64,000 bases of DNA from Nitrospira sp. (lineage in GTDB: Bacteria > Nitrospirota > Nitrospiria > Nitrospirales > Nitrospiraceae): positions 608,001-672,000 of the forward strand of contig AP038806.1 of the NCBI GenBank assembly GCA_047150005.1, read 5' to 3'. Of this stretch, positions 40,020 to 48,748 are shown piece after piece. The notes beneath the pieces are model-generated. The model was not told the origin of the DNA. It did not search any database and saw only the letters and a program-made list of their open reading frames with translations. Each line of letters opens with the position of its first letter. The stretch's first letter is position 1. A program made the position numbers and the translations under genes.

Positions 40020-41330
40020 TCAAGAAATCTTGGGTGGCGGTGCTCCCGCTTTCACCTGTGACAAGTAATCGACAATCTTCTTCAACGCCCCCGCGCTGAG
40101 TTTTTGGCCGAAAACCTTCGGCATCAGGTTGTCCGGGAATCCCTTCACCACGTAGGTGCTGGGCTCGACGATCGATTCCATGATGTACTCGGGGGTGCTG
40201 TGCGCAGCACCTTTGTAGGCAGGATCTTTGATTCTGGTCGGTGCGTTTGTCCCCTCTTCAAGCTTGGGTCCCTGAGCACCGGTCGCACCGGGTATACCTG
40301 GAATCGTATGACAGACGACACATTGCGCCTTGGCAAAAATCTGGTCCACTGGTTCGGACCCGTCGGCTAACAGCGCGCTGGCCGCCGCAGGCTTGTCTTC
40401 TTGCATCTTCGGACGCTCAGCTTCCGGAATGAACTTCTCATAGGACTTGGTGATTTCTTCGAACGCAGGCGCCTCACGCCCTTCGCGGACGTACAACCAC
40501 GTGTCCACCGCCGCCAGCTCAGGCAGGGAGAGCGATATTGGTGGCTTGTGAATCTTGGGCATCGGGCTTTCTTTGTCGTTCGTCCCCTTCACACCGTAAC
40601 CCGCAACAACATAGCAACTGGGGCATGCATGAGACTCAGCAATGTACTCCTGGCCGTTTTCCGCCGTCCCCGATCCGGGAAAAGCTTCCTTTTCCGCATA
40701 CTCGCGCTTCGAAGGATTGCCCTTGGAATACTTTGGATCTTCGAGCCGCTCTTTGCCCGCACGCTCCGGAAGACCGAGAAGGTTAGGCGCACGTTCACCC
40801 AGCATGCCCGCATGAAACGCATGACACAAAGGGCACTGTCCCTTACCGATAGCGCCCTGGACCTTGTTCTGGCCGATGCCTCCGAAGATAATCTTCTCAC
40901 CCTCGTCAGCCAACTGCTGAGGTGTCATCGAACTAAAGTCCAGCTTCTCTTCCTTGGGAGGAAATCCTCCCTCCACCTGAGGCAACCAGTTTCCGTACCC
41001 GGAGAGGAAGGCCGCGACGAAGAACATGAATCCACCGATCTTCAGCAACGCAGCAAGATTGGTGAAATACAAGGCCATCACAAACGTCGTCACCGTGATC
41101 ATGACGAGGGAGACCGGCAACAACCGATTTTCTCCGTAAAAATTGTTCTTGTAATTCGCGATCGCGATGAACATCAAAAACGCGGCGAGGATGCCGATAA
41201 ACGTCTTGAATACCGCCCGCTTCTTTGCCACGGGATCGGGGATGGAGACCTGGAAGTAAATGAGCAGCCCGACGAGAATGGCCAGGACCATCCACCCCAT
41301 CGAAAGGGCTTCGTTAATCAGATTACCCAC
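40020..41330 (-). CDS. Membrane-bound diheme cytochrome c
   Basis: Four TM helices; CPLCH and CVVCH, each followed by P.L...Y..ES...P and MP motifs. Confidence 0.88.
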   Translation of the reverse strand: MGNLINEALSMGWMVLAILVGLLIYFQVSIPDPVAKKRAVFKTFIGILAAFLMFIAIANYKNNFYGENRLLPVSLVMITVTTFVMALYFTNLAALLKIGGFMFFVAAFLSGYGNWLPQVEGGFPPKEEKLDFSSMTPQQLADEGEKIIFGGIGQNKVQGAIGKGQCPLCHAFHAGMLGERAPNLLGLPERAGKERLEDPKYSKGNPSKREYAEKEAFPGSGTAENGQEYIAESHACPSCYVVAGYGVKGTNDKESPMPKIHKPPISLSLPELAAVDTWLYVREGREAPAFEEITKSYEKFIPEAERPKMQEDKPAAASALLADGSEPVDQIFAKAQCVVCHTIPGIPGATGAQGPKLEEGTNAPTRIKDPAYKGAAHSTPEYIMESIVEPSTYVVKGFPDNLMPKVFGQKLSAGALKKIVDYLSQVKAGAPPPKIS

Positions 41331-41411
41331 AGTTGTAACCTCCTGCGGCTACGCCGGGGGGCAGCGGATGATGCACTGCCCCCCTCAGCGAGCCTAAACT
41401 GAGTAAGATGG

Positions 41412-43328
41412 TTAGTGGCTGCCCGCCGGCTGCGGCGCGCTCCCCGGAACTCCAGCCTTGGCTTCAACCGGTACCTTCTTTACCGCCAAGCTACCAAGCC
41501 AAAAGACGAAGAGAATACTGATCCAGAAAAACAGCACATTGAACGAAATCATGTTGGCGGCAAAACCCACCGTATGTGTATAGGCCCAAGGGGAGTTATC
41601 GCGCATGATCTCGTTGACGTGCCAGAAGAGGCGGACGGAAGAGCGAATGTAGCCCATCAGTCCCATCATCCAGGTGAACGCGGTTGCCAGCATGATCAAT
41701 GCGTATTGGGATCGCGCAGAGATCTTGCCCCACTCGATCGGCCCCATCTGCTTGGCTCCCTTCATCATCACGCTGTTCAGCGCGAACATGAAGAACAGAC
41801 AGGACAGCGTTGTGGCCACCTGAGGCACCGACAGGCCGACGCGCACGTTGGCCGGAATGTAGTACCCATAGATCGCCAACCAGACGATGTTGACGTAGGC
41901 ACAGGCGAAGAACACGCCCATGAAAATGTTGCCGAACTTTGCCCAGGAAACGGTCGAAACCTTGTTGCCACGCATGTACCACACAAAGCTCAAAACGGTT
42001 GTGGTGATGATGACATTGATACCGCCGTTTTTCGCCGACATGACACCGTAGTTACCCAACACCGGATGCTGCTGACCGCCCATCGCCTTAAGCTCGGCAG
42101 GCGTCATGACCATCGTGTGCGGAGTGATGAACACCAAAAACCCGACCGCGAGAAGAAATACGAGATACTTAATGTATCGCTGATACTTTTCCGCCCCCCG
42201 CATCCGACCCATCGCCTGCCACAGATAGTAGTTGGTGCTCAGGAACAGAATGCCGATCATGGTCGCCTGAATGATGAAGAGCCACGCCAGCAGGCCGCCC
42301 ATGAGCGTGATGCCCATCTGCTGCCGGTACGCATACACTTCGCGCATGAGCCAGTAGCCGGCGAACGGCAGCGGGATCAGGAACGCCACGCCGAGGGCCA
42401 TGGCGATATAACCCATCCAGTCATAGTGGGCACGATCTTCCTCGGTCTTGGCCGCCAGGAACTTATAGGCCGCGTAGGCTGCAACGACACCGCCGCCGAA
42501 CGCCATGTTACCGAGAATCCGGTGCACATTGAGGGGGTTCCACAATGCGGTATGAATCACGTGCCAGATGTTACCGAGGAAACGACCCTGCTCATCGACT
42601 CCGGCCGGAGACATCATGAAACCGATCCAGGAGTTGGCCAGGAACATGAGCAATGTGCCGATGACGTTCAGGACGACGGACATGCTCAAGTGGATCCACT
42701 TGAGGAATCCCTCCTTCATCTTGTCCCAGCCGTAGTAGTAAATGTAGAGCGTTCCACTCTCGGCCACGAACATCAACGCGTAAATGTGCATGACAGGGCG
42801 GAAGATACTGGAGAGATAGCCGAAAAATGCCGGATAGAGAGTCAAGAACGTGAAGATCAAGATACCGCCCAAAATCGCCGTCAACGAATAGGCCGTCAGA
42901 CTGATCTTGATGAAGTCATAGGCAAGTTGATCATAGCGTTTTGCAAGTGCCTTGTCTTTCGTCACCACCCCCATGAACTCGATGACCATACAGAAGATCG
43001 GCACAGCCAAAACGAAGCTGCCATAGTAGAGGTGTTGCTGATTCGCGAACCAGAGCAACACGCGGCTCTCGAAGTTGTACCGCGGATAGTCCTTCGGACC
43101 ATCGGTCGTCTTGGGTGCCGGAGCGCCGACCACAATCCCTTCGGTCTTGTAGTAGACATCGCGCCCCTTCTCGACCTTGTCCCCCTCCTTCTTTGCCCCG
43201 TCAGCCGCTGGAGCCTCTTCACCGGATGCCGGTGTCGGCAGCGACATGACGATGGGAAACAGGAGGAGGCCAACCATCGCGCACAGCGCCATGATTGAAA
43301 ATACTTTCTTTCGGGTTGCAAGACCCAT
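41412..43328 (-). CDS. Cytochrome bd-like oxidase subunit I (CydA-like, no Q-loop), copy 1
   Basis: QQHLYYGSF, ANSWIGFMMSP, PLNVHRILG, GVMSAKNG, MGYIRSSVR..W; many TM helices; start at ATG 43328 after GGAGG. Confidence 0.85.
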   Translation of the reverse strand: MGLATRKKVFSIMALCAMVGLLLFPIVMSLPTPASGEEAPAADGAKKEGDKVEKGRDVYYKTEGIVVGAPAPKTTDGPKDYPRYNFESRVLLWFANQQHLYYGSFVLAVPIFCMVIEFMGVVTKDKALAKRYDQLAYDFIKISLTAYSLTAILGGILIFTFLTLYPAFFGYLSSIFRPVMHIYALMFVAESGTLYIYYYGWDKMKEGFLKWIHLSMSVVLNVIGTLLMFLANSWIGFMMSPAGVDEQGRFLGNIWHVIHTALWNPLNVHRILGNMAFGGGVVAAYAAYKFLAAKTEEDRAHYDWMGYIAMALGVAFLIPLPFAGYWLMREVYAYRQQMGITLMGGLLAWLFIIQATMIGILFLSTNYYLWQAMGRMRGAEKYQRYIKYLVFLLAVGFLVFITPHTMVMTPAELKAMGGQQHPVLGNYGVMSAKNGGINVIITTTVLSFVWYMRGNKVSTVSWAKFGNIFMGVFFACAYVNIVWLAIYGYYIPANVRVGLSVPQVATTLSCLFFMFALNSVMMKGAKQMGPIEWGKISARSQYALIMLATAFTWMMGLMGYIRSSVRLFWHVNEIMRDNSPWAYTHTVGFAANMISFNVLFFWISILFVFWLGSLAVKKVPVEAKAGVPGSAPQPAGSH

Positions 43329-43403
43329 GGGATACCTCCTTGATGCAATACAACAAAGACTCATGGCAAAGTTCCAGACATTCACGGAATCGCACTTCGT
43401 TCC

Positions 43404-43526
43404 CTACTTGCGGAACAGATACCAGTAGTCCAATCCCTGCATGTCCATTAGAAAATGGTCGACCAAGGTGAAATAGGCAACACAGATGATTAACGAAATC
43501 ACACCGTAAACGATTGCCTGACCCAT
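43404..43526 (-). CDS. 40-aa single-TM peptide
   Basis: MGQAIVYGVISLIICVAYFTLVDHFLMDMQGLDYWYLFRK*; strong RBS GAGGAG; below ORF-track cutoff. Confidence 0.75.
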   Translation of the reverse strand: MGQAIVYGVISLIICVAYFTLVDHFLMDMQGLDYWYLFRK

Positions 43527-43589
43527 TTTGTTATCTCCTCCTCAACTCGAGAACGCGTTCAGGGATTTCTCACGCCGAATGGCCCTGGC

Positions 43590-43712
43590 TCAGCAGGGGC
43601 ACTGGACGCCGGCAAACCAATAAAAGAACCACAAACCAACCGCACAGGTGATGTAGAAAATCATCTTGCCGATCTTCACCTTGATGTCGCTGTCCGCTGT
43701 TGCCGTTGCCAT
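43590..43712 (-). CDS. 40-aa single-TM peptide with C-terminal CPC
   Basis: MATATADSDIKVKIGKMIFYITCAVGLWFFYWFAGVQCPC*; RBS AAGGAG. Confidence 0.75.
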   Translation of the reverse strand: MATATADSDIKVKIGKMIFYITCAVGLWFFYWFAGVQCPC

Positions 43713-43833
43713 TGGTTCTCCTTCTCTAGACTGGAATGATAGGTAAGCGCATGTATTCAGGCATTATCTTGACACGGGCATATGCGTGTGTTATTCAAAT
43801 TTTGTCGTTGGGCGCGAAAAAACAGGGAAAATC

Positions 43834-43938
43834 ATGGCAAAGAACTCAAAAGTGTTCGACATTATAGTTTTGGCCGGTATGGTTGTCAATATAATTTTGG
43901 CCGTCTTTCTGATCCTCTACTACTTCGACTTCCTTTAA
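43834..43938 (+). CDS. 34-aa single-TM peptide, divergent
   Basis: MAKNSKVFDIIVLAGMVVNIILAVFLILYYFDFL*; AGGGA upstream; TTGACA at about 43769. Confidence 0.55.
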   Translation: MAKNSKVFDIIVLAGMVVNIILAVFLILYYFDFL

Positions 43939-44837
43939 TTATTTCCGCTAGTTCCATCACTTTTTCTGGCGGTTTTCTGGTCCGAAATCGCGCACCGAAA
44001 TCCGATGGTCTCATCGCGGAAGTCCGGTACCATCTTGCTCCGACTGGTAATACGTAAATCGTGTCCCGTGGTGGTATACGCCCCCCCTCGCAAGACACGA
44101 TAGGTGCCATATTCCGGGCTCAGCGGGTTCTGCTCCAGAGAGTCTTGGTAGGACGTCTCCGCATACCAATCCCCCACCCATTCCATCACGTTTCCAGCAC
44201 CGTCCATGACCCCGTAGGGGCTCTTGTCCAATGGGAAGGATCCTACCCGTGCCGACACGTCATGACCGTCGTTTACCCTCCCCCAGTTTGCTCCATTGGG
44301 CTGTTCACGATCGCCCCAGGGCCATAGCCGCCCGTCGGCGCCCCGCATGGCCTTTTCCCACTCCGCTTCAGTCGGCAAGCGCTTGCCTCTCCAACGGCAA
44401 TACTCGAACGCATCATCCCAGGACACGTATACGGCCGGTTGGTTGATCCCACGCATCTTGCCGATGCTCTTGGCGTAGCGGGAAGGTGGACCGGCCTTGC
44501 GATGACCAGTGGCTGTGACGAACTGTTGATACTGATGGTTTGTGACTTCGTAGCGATCGATCTTGAAGGCATCCAGCACAATCGTGCGCTGAGGGTGCTC
44601 GTCAAATCCTCCGTCCATCGTTCCCCTCAAGAACGGACCAGCGGGAATTGCGACCATGTCTTCGGCGACGGGCTCCTCTTTGGCATCCACTTCCATCGGC
44701 TCCGGAATCGACTCAGTCTGGGAAGAGGAATCTTCTAGCGGGGTAAGAGATGTTCCGCGAAGAATGCCCATAATGGGCAACGCAGCAAAGGCGAGCACCG
44801 TGAGCAGGAAGGCGACCTTGAATTTGGTTTCGAGCAT
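43935..44837 (-). CDS. Membrane-anchored SUMF1/EgtB/PvdO (FGE-fold) protein
   Basis: N-terminal TM; YEVTN, VSWDDA..YC.W.GKRLPTEAEWEKA, GNVMEWV, RGG, IGFRCA. Confidence 0.9.
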   Translation of the reverse strand: MLETKFKVAFLLTVLAFAALPIMGILRGTSLTPLEDSSSQTESIPEPMEVDAKEEPVAEDMVAIPAGPFLRGTMDGGFDEHPQRTIVLDAFKIDRYEVTNHQYQQFVTATGHRKAGPPSRYAKSIGKMRGINQPAVYVSWDDAFEYCRWRGKRLPTEAEWEKAMRGADGRLWPWGDREQPNGANWGRVNDGHDVSARVGSFPLDKSPYGVMDGAGNVMEWVGDWYAETSYQDSLEQNPLSPEYGTYRVLRGGAYTTTGHDLRITSRSKMVPDFRDETIGFRCAISDQKTARKSDGTSGNN

Positions 44838-44845
44838 AACCAGGG

Positions 44846-45763
44846 CTATGACGCCGAGGGATTTCCTCCAGCGTCGGCATCACTGGCGCAGCGGATACCG
44901 ATCGTGATGTCGGTCCGCCAGTGTTTGGCGGCAAAGCGTTTCGACAATCTTGTGTTATGTTCCGTTTCTCTCCACGACCCCCCGCGAACAACCTTCAGAT
45001 CTCCGTTTTCCGGCCCCTTGGGATCCCGATACGGAGACTTCTTATAATAATTTTCATCGTAGGTATCGGCCACCCATTCCGCCACATTGCCCGTCATATC
45101 GTGCAGACCGTAAGGACTTCTACCCGAATCAAACGAACCGGGCGGTGCCAAATAACGATATCCGTCCTCGCTTCCGTCCACATTGGCCCGCCCCGTGACG
45201 AACGCATCCCCCCACGGATACTTTCGTTTGCCTTCGCCCCGCCCGGCCTTCTCCCACTCCGCCTCCGTCGGCAACCGCTTCCCTGCCCATTTGCAGTAGG
45301 CATTGGCGTCGTCCCAGGACACGCTCATCGCGGCAAACTCGGGTTTCAGCAGCTTCGACTGGTCATCTTCGAATACCTCGATCCTCGGCATCGCTCGTCT
45401 CGTCATTTTGGCGAAGCGCGCATATTCATCCTGCGTCACTTCATCGCGATCCAGATAAAACCCCTTGAGAAAAACCTGGTGCTCCGGGGCTTCGTCTGGA
45501 TCTCCGTCTTTGCTTCCCATCATAAAGGGACCTTCGGGAATATGAACCATCTCTCGCCCTTCGTCGCCTATTCTCGTCTTGTACATGGAGTAGTCCTGTG
45601 CCGGACCGGCACTCGCAGTTGGCTGACTTTCAGTCTTAATGGACTGCGCTAGCTGCTTCATCTTGTAGGCCTTATTCGACTCCCAGAGCATCATGCCGAT
45701 CATGAGCGCAAAGGAGCCGAACACAAAAATGATTGATCCAATGAGCACGCCTCTGTTTTCCAT
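44846..45763 (-). CDS. Membrane-anchored SUMF1/EgtB/PvdO (FGE-fold) protein, paralog
   Basis: N-terminal TM; RLPTEAEWEKA, MTGNVAEWV, RGGSW, IGIRCA. Confidence 0.9.
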   Translation of the reverse strand: MENRGVLIGSIIFVFGSFALMIGMMLWESNKAYKMKQLAQSIKTESQPTASAGPAQDYSMYKTRIGDEGREMVHIPEGPFMMGSKDGDPDEAPEHQVFLKGFYLDRDEVTQDEYARFAKMTRRAMPRIEVFEDDQSKLLKPEFAAMSVSWDDANAYCKWAGKRLPTEAEWEKAGRGEGKRKYPWGDAFVTGRANVDGSEDGYRYLAPPGSFDSGRSPYGLHDMTGNVAEWVADTYDENYYKKSPYRDPKGPENGDLKVVRGGSWRETEHNTRLSKRFAAKHWRTDITIGIRCASDADAGGNPSAS

Positions 45764-45796
45764 AGTGTTCCGATTCCCTTCGCCCGAGGTTTACGC

Positions 45797-46150
45797 TCAT
45801 GTGGAGGGTTCGACTGGTTCAGGCACGTTCTTCCTCGCTGCGCGAATATCGAGCAGCATGGAGATTTGAACCCCGAGGAATCCCCCCATCGCCGCCCCCG
45901 CCCCAGCCCCGACCCAGATGCGATCGGTACCGGCGACCAACCAGGCCAGTGCTCCACCCAGGACGGTTCCAATCAGGATACTCACCAAAAATCTGCGCCC
46001 GCCGAGCAACCCGATCACCCCGCCGAGTACGAGCCCTAACCCGACGGCCACCGGCATCAGGCCGCTCCCCATGATGAATCCGATCAGGGTCCCCACCGTT
46101 CCCATGACCGTCATGCCGAATGCGATATCGAACAGCTTCTGATGTGGCAT
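45797..46150 (-). CDS. Small Gly-rich membrane protein
   Basis: Four glycine-zipper-like hydrophobic helices. Confidence 0.75.
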   Translation of the reverse strand: MPHQKLFDIAFGMTVMGTVGTLIGFIMGSGLMPVAVGLGLVLGGVIGLLGGRRFLVSILIGTVLGGALAWLVAGTDRIWVGAGAGAAMGGFLGVQISMLLDIRAARKNVPEPVEPST

Positions 46151-46195
46151 CGGAATGCTCCGGCCGATTTCCATGGTGGACAGCTGCGCGAAGAC

Positions 46196-46831
46196 CTATT
46201 TTTTTGCCGCGCTGGCGGTCATTGGTCCGAAATCGATGTCGACTCCTGGACCTGCAATGATGGAGATCCCCCACGCCTTGGGTGCAGGTTCATGCTGATG
46301 AATTCGTTTAAAGTCATCGTACACATTCACCTGCTCCTCGAACCATCGTCCGATCTCACCGGCCCCGCTTTGCACCACGATTTCCGATCCGCTGAACATC
46401 CCGCCCTCAGTCAGCGTCCCATCCGGCTTTGTTGCGCTCCACACGTACTTCGTGAAGACGGGAATAAACAGGAGGTCCGTATCCAACGATGCGTAGATGG
46501 CCGCCAACGGCTCCGTCCCAGCCGCCGCCTTGTTCAAGCGCCAACGCCAGGTGAGCACCGGATAGGCCTTGGGGTCCCAATCGATCTTCTTCTTCTTGAT
46601 TCGCTGCCCGGCATCCTTTGCGGACAAATAACTGGATCCGTTTTCCGTTTGCACCTTGTAGGCCTCGCGACCTTTGGAATGGCTCCGCTGGCTTTCATGA
46701 TCCCAATTCGAGGGGAACCCGTCGGCGTCCCTGGCCTGGAAATCCTCCAAGACCAACGTCTGGCCCTGCCCGACGGCGGAGCCTTGCGCGATCACCAGAC
46801 CACCGAACAACAACGCGAGCATCAACCTCAT
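46196..46831 (-). CDS. Exported DUF3047-family protein
   Basis: Signal peptide; YPVLTWRWR, KYVWS, VVQSG, W..EQVNVYDDF. Confidence 0.75.
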   Translation of the reverse strand: MRLMLALLFGGLVIAQGSAVGQGQTLVLEDFQARDADGFPSNWDHESQRSHSKGREAYKVQTENGSSYLSAKDAGQRIKKKKIDWDPKAYPVLTWRWRLNKAAAGTEPLAAIYASLDTDLLFIPVFTKYVWSATKPDGTLTEGGMFSGSEIVVQSGAGEIGRWFEEQVNVYDDFKRIHQHEPAPKAWGISIIAGPGVDIDFGPMTASAAKK

Positions 46832-46872
46832 GCGAAACGTCCCTCCTGACACGTGTCGGTCCATCGTCTCGA

Positions 46873-48744
46873 TCAAGCTTCCTGCGATGGAATGGGCGCC
46901 AGCGTCGAGGATTTCTCCCCGTCGAATTCCTCTCCAAATGCCTCCTGCTGGCCTCGCTGGCACATCCAGAACAGGGCAAACACCGCACTCCAAAACACCA
47001 CCATGTTGAGCGTGACCATCTTCGCCGCAAACTCGAGGTCAGGGGTGAACGCCCACGGAGACACATCGGCCATCAAGTCGGTGACATGCCACGACAAGCG
47101 CCCCGATGAACGGATGTAGCCCATGAGACCCATCACCCACGTGAACGCCGCCGCCAGCCCGAAGAGCCCGACCATGCCGCGAACCGGAATCTTGCCCCAC
47201 TGAACCGGCCCATGGACGACCGCGTGCTTGAGCATGGCCCGGTTGATCAGCACCGAAGCAAACATCACGGTCAGGGTCGTCGCGGCCTGTGGCGCCGACA
47301 AACCGACGCGTATTTTTGCCGGCAGATAGAAACCGTATAGCGACAGCCAAATCACATTGACGAATCCCACCGCGAACAACAGGCCGATCGCGAGATTTCC
47401 CGTCTTGACCCAGGAGACGGTCATCGTCCGATTGGCCCGTCGGTAGTACAGAAAGCTAAGCGTGGTGAGAAGAATCAGAACATTGATCGCGCCGTTCTTG
47501 GCCGACATGACGCCGTAATTTCCCACAACGGGATGTTGGGCGCCTCCCATGGCTTTGACTTCACCGGCCGACATCAACACCGTATGAGGCGTCAGCCACA
47601 CGAAGAGCGCCAGCGTCAGCGCGCCGAGCAGAATCTGATAATAGGGCTGATACCGCTCCCCTCCCTTGATCCGAGCCATGCTCTGCCAGATGTAGTAGTT
47701 CACGCCCAGAAAAAGCGCGCCGATCAGGAGCGCCTGCACGACGAACAGCCAGGTGAGCAACCCGCCCATCATGGTCACGCCCATGCTTTGGCTGAAGGCA
47801 TAGACGGACCGCATCAGCCAGTATCCAGCGATTGGCATGGGAAGCAAGGCACAGACGGTGACAAAGAGGAAGATGTAGCCGACCCAATCGAAGTACGCCC
47901 GCTCTCCGTCGGTCTTGCTGGTGAAGAACCGATAACATGCGTACGCGAGCACGACAGCGCCCCCGGACATGATGTCCGCGAGGAATCGATGGACATTCAA
48001 TGGATTCCACAATGCGGAATGCAAGAGGTGCCAGCCATTGCCCAAGAACCGTCCCGTCGAATCGACCCCGGCCGGCGCCATCATGAATGCGGACCAGGCA
48101 TTGGCCAATAAGAGCAGCGCAGTCCCGAATATATTGGTCAGAATACCGATCGCCGCATGAATCCATTTCAAGCCCGGCTCCGCCATTCGATTCCAGCTGT
48201 AGTAGTAGAGAATCAACAACAGCGATTCGCCGACGAACACGATGGCATAGGCCGGCATGAAATCCTTGAAGGTCCCCCCCATGTACTTCATGAAACTTGG
48301 GTAGAACCAGATGAACAGGCCCAGCATGAGACTGCCGACCACGGCCGTGACCGACAGGGCCAAGAGCGCGACTTTTGCCAAGTCCCTCGCCAGTCCGTCG
48401 TATCGGAGCGACAAGGAGGGATTTTTCGTGATGAGACCGATGAATTCCAGCAAGGCGCAGAACAAGGGCAGCGCGAGGACGAATCCTCCGAAATAGGTGT
48501 GCTGTTGCGTCACGAACCACACCAGCAATCGGCTGTCCATCGAACCGATCCGTGAATAGACCGTTTCGTGAGGCGTCGGAGCCGGCGGCCCTTGCGGCAC
48601 ACCTTCCATTTTGAAATAGATATCGGCGCCGCTGTCGGCCAACGCCGGAAGGGTCATGCCCATCCACCCTCCAGCAGTCGCAAGGAGATAGACGAAGAAG
48701 AGCGGCATGACCACGCGTACAGACCTTGTCTTTGAGGCAACCAT
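46873..48744 (-). CDS. Cytochrome bd-like oxidase subunit I (CydA-like, no Q-loop), copy 2
   Basis: QQHTYFGGF, ANAWSAFMMAP, PLNVHRFL, GVMSAKNG, MGYIRSSGR..W; clear paralog of 41412-43328. Confidence 0.85.
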   Translation of the reverse strand: MVASKTRSVRVVMPLFFVYLLATAGGWMGMTLPALADSGADIYFKMEGVPQGPPAPTPHETVYSRIGSMDSRLLVWFVTQQHTYFGGFVLALPLFCALLEFIGLITKNPSLSLRYDGLARDLAKVALLALSVTAVVGSLMLGLFIWFYPSFMKYMGGTFKDFMPAYAIVFVGESLLLILYYYSWNRMAEPGLKWIHAAIGILTNIFGTALLLLANAWSAFMMAPAGVDSTGRFLGNGWHLLHSALWNPLNVHRFLADIMSGGAVVLAYACYRFFTSKTDGERAYFDWVGYIFLFVTVCALLPMPIAGYWLMRSVYAFSQSMGVTMMGGLLTWLFVVQALLIGALFLGVNYYIWQSMARIKGGERYQPYYQILLGALTLALFVWLTPHTVLMSAGEVKAMGGAQHPVVGNYGVMSAKNGAINVLILLTTLSFLYYRRANRTMTVSWVKTGNLAIGLLFAVGFVNVIWLSLYGFYLPAKIRVGLSAPQAATTLTVMFASVLINRAMLKHAVVHGPVQWGKIPVRGMVGLFGLAAAFTWVMGLMGYIRSSGRLSWHVTDLMADVSPWAFTPDLEFAAKMVTLNMVVFWSAVFALFWMCQRGQQEAFGEEFDGEKSSTLAPIPSQEA

Positions 48745-48748
48745 CGCG

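Noticed and set aside
40610..40635. Third heme site CPSC in the membrane diheme cytochrome
   Set aside because: CPSCY lacks the His and aligns with the ES...P.Y motif of the second domain; more likely a disulfide
41355..41384. GC hairpin between the CydA-like gene and the cytochrome c gene as a terminator
   Set aside because: No T tract follows; more likely an mRNA stability or processing element
41415..43298. Long plus-strand ORFs (627 aa here; also 37094-38509, 59310-60710, 60837-62429, 57198-58433, 30875-31957)
   Set aside because: Antisense shadows of strongly codon-biased, high-GC minus-strand genes; no motifs or RBS
43540..43592. Selenocysteine readthrough of the TGA after CPC in the 40-aa peptide
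   Set aside because: Readthrough adds only a short non-protein-like tail, and no convincing SECIS is visible
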